Positions 19,053-20,000 of a stretch of DNA of 20,000 nucleotides are shown here, one piece after another (within the stretch, counting starts at the first letter, position 1; the number at the start of each line of letters is the position of its first letter). The stretch lies in sequence record SRR22947727_2846. One strand, written 5' to 3'. Below the pieces are notes generated by a model. The model saw only the letters and a program-made list of their open reading frames with translations. It had not been told where the DNA came from and searched no databases. Both the position numbers and the translations under genes were made by a program.

Positions 19053-19970
19053 ATGGCCGAGAACAGACCTCTTGCTGTTTTCGCACGAGGCGGAGCCATG
19101 TTCTCCAACCTGTGGGCTGTGGTCGGTTTTCTTGAATGGGCGGAAAAGAATGACCGCACACCAGTCGTGAGCTTCACGAACGCGACACCCTCTAATCGCT
19201 GGGTTGGAGACTCTGAGCGTGAAGGTTGGTCGGACTATTTCAATCCTGTGTCCGATGCGGACTGGCGTGACCTTCGGGCAGAGAGTGCCTATGAATTCAC
19301 ACACCGCCCCACCGAATTCCCTATTCAGGAGTATTCAACCTCGAGCGAGTTCCGCAGACTTTTTCATAAGTACATCTCCCTGAACTCTCGTTCAGTGGAT
19401 TATCTGAAGCCCTGGGCGGAGGCAATCTCTGGCTACCCCAAGGTACTTGGGGTACACATCCGCGGAACAGATATGAGAGTTGCGAAGTCACACTGGGCTC
19501 CGCCGACGCTCTTTCAGATTGGCAAGACGGTAGACGATGCACTGTCCAGGGCAGACTTTTCGCATCTTCTGGTCGCCACAGAGGACGAGCGGGCACTGCG
19601 CTTTATGGCAAGGCGTTATGGCGAACGTGTCATCACCACGGATTCACTTCGCACATCAACTGCAAAAAAGCTGGTGCATCTTTCGAGTTCTATCCCCCAG
19701 TATCGATACTTTCTCGGTCTGCAGGTCCTCAGAGACGCTTGGCTGCTCGCTAGCTGCGCTGGACTTGTGTCTGGACATTCGAACGTTTCGGAGCACGTTC
19801 AGGTTATTGCTGAGCACCCTTTTGAGGTGAATCTTCAGATACGTCGCCCACAGGTCGACGTGCTGGGCGGCCATCCTCTGCAGATTCGTGCAACCAACTT
19901 GGCGAGGGAATTGACTACATCACGTTGGGCGGGCCCAGACTTCAGAATCGTTGATCGCGGTCTTAAGTGA
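19053..19970 (+). CDS. Putative GDP-fucose-dependent fucosyltransferase-like protein (GT-B; GT23/NodZ-, GT11- or O-FucT-like)
   Basis: 305 aa, with an in-frame TAA at 19038-19040 fixing the start. N-terminal RGGAMFSN; motif I LGVHIRGTD; motif II LLVATED; motif III DAWLLASCAGLVSGHSNVS. Confidence 0.72.
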   Translation: MAENRPLAVFARGGAMFSNLWAVVGFLEWAEKNDRTPVVSFTNATPSNRWVGDSEREGWSDYFNPVSDADWRDLRAESAYEFTHRPTEFPIQEYSTSSEFRRLFHKYISLNSRSVDYLKPWAEAISGYPKVLGVHIRGTDMRVAKSHWAPPTLFQIGKTVDDALSRADFSHLLVATEDERALRFMARRYGERVITTDSLRTSTAKKLVHLSSSIPQYRYFLGLQVLRDAWLLASCAGLVSGHSNVSEHVQVIAEHPFEVNLQIRRPQVDVLGGHPLQIRATNLARELTTSRWAGPDFRIVDRGLK

Positions 19971-19971
19971 C

Positions 19972-20000
19972 GGTGGGCGATACTGGGTTCGAACCAGTGA
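19972..20000 (-). tRNA. 3' part of a tRNA, probably tRNA-Val(GAC), truncated by the window edge
   Basis: Minus strand reads TC-ACTGG-TTCGAAC-CCAGT-ATCGCCC-A-CC: T-arm, 3' acceptor strand and discriminator A. It resembles actinobacterial tRNA-Val(GAC) 3' ends from memory; the anticodon is outside the window. Confidence 0.8.

Noticed and set aside
18956..19177. N-terminal extension of the 428-aa minus ORF overlapping the fucosyltransferase-like gene
   Set aside because: It would overlap a divergent gene by about 125 bp and reads as low-complexity sequence. A start at or after 18955 is more plausible.
17172..19970. Direct repeat of the tRNA 3' end marking the left border of an integrated element
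   Set aside because: No second copy was found by eye and there is no integrase, so no mobile element is called.
19967..20000. Possible new + strand CDS starting at the GTGA overlap
   Set aside because: The sequence is better explained as the reverse complement of a tRNA T-arm and acceptor stem.
1..20000. CRISPR arrays, tandem repeats, IS elements, toxin-antitoxin or defence genes
   Set aside because: None seen. Nearly all bases are accounted for by the listed genes and all intergenic gaps are under about 125 bp.

Overview
High-GC actinobacterial chromosome segment. Gene content and the very tight packing suggest Microbacteriaceae, possibly a streamlined aquatic lineage (inference). Bases 1-17.2 kb are mostly housekeeping: DUF3710(partial)-DUF3159-acnA-dxs on +; sseA-sufE-RibD-like-DUF3000-rnd-thiolase-FadB on -; then zapE-nhaA-amtB on +. 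The right end looks accessory: a LysE/RhtB exporter, then a divergent pair of glycosyltransferase-like genes (DxD-containing DUF6492-like, and a GDP-fucose-motif GT23/NodZ-like protein) packed against the 3' end of a tRNA-Val that is cut by the window edge. Readable regulatory signals include an 18-bp UrtR/TamR-like palindrome over the acnA promoter, phased GlnR-like boxes before amtB, three probable leaderless starts and two hairpin terminators. I saw no CRISPR array, IS, integrase or defence system. The best novelty candidate is the tRNA-anchored glycosylation islet, and its interest is moderate.
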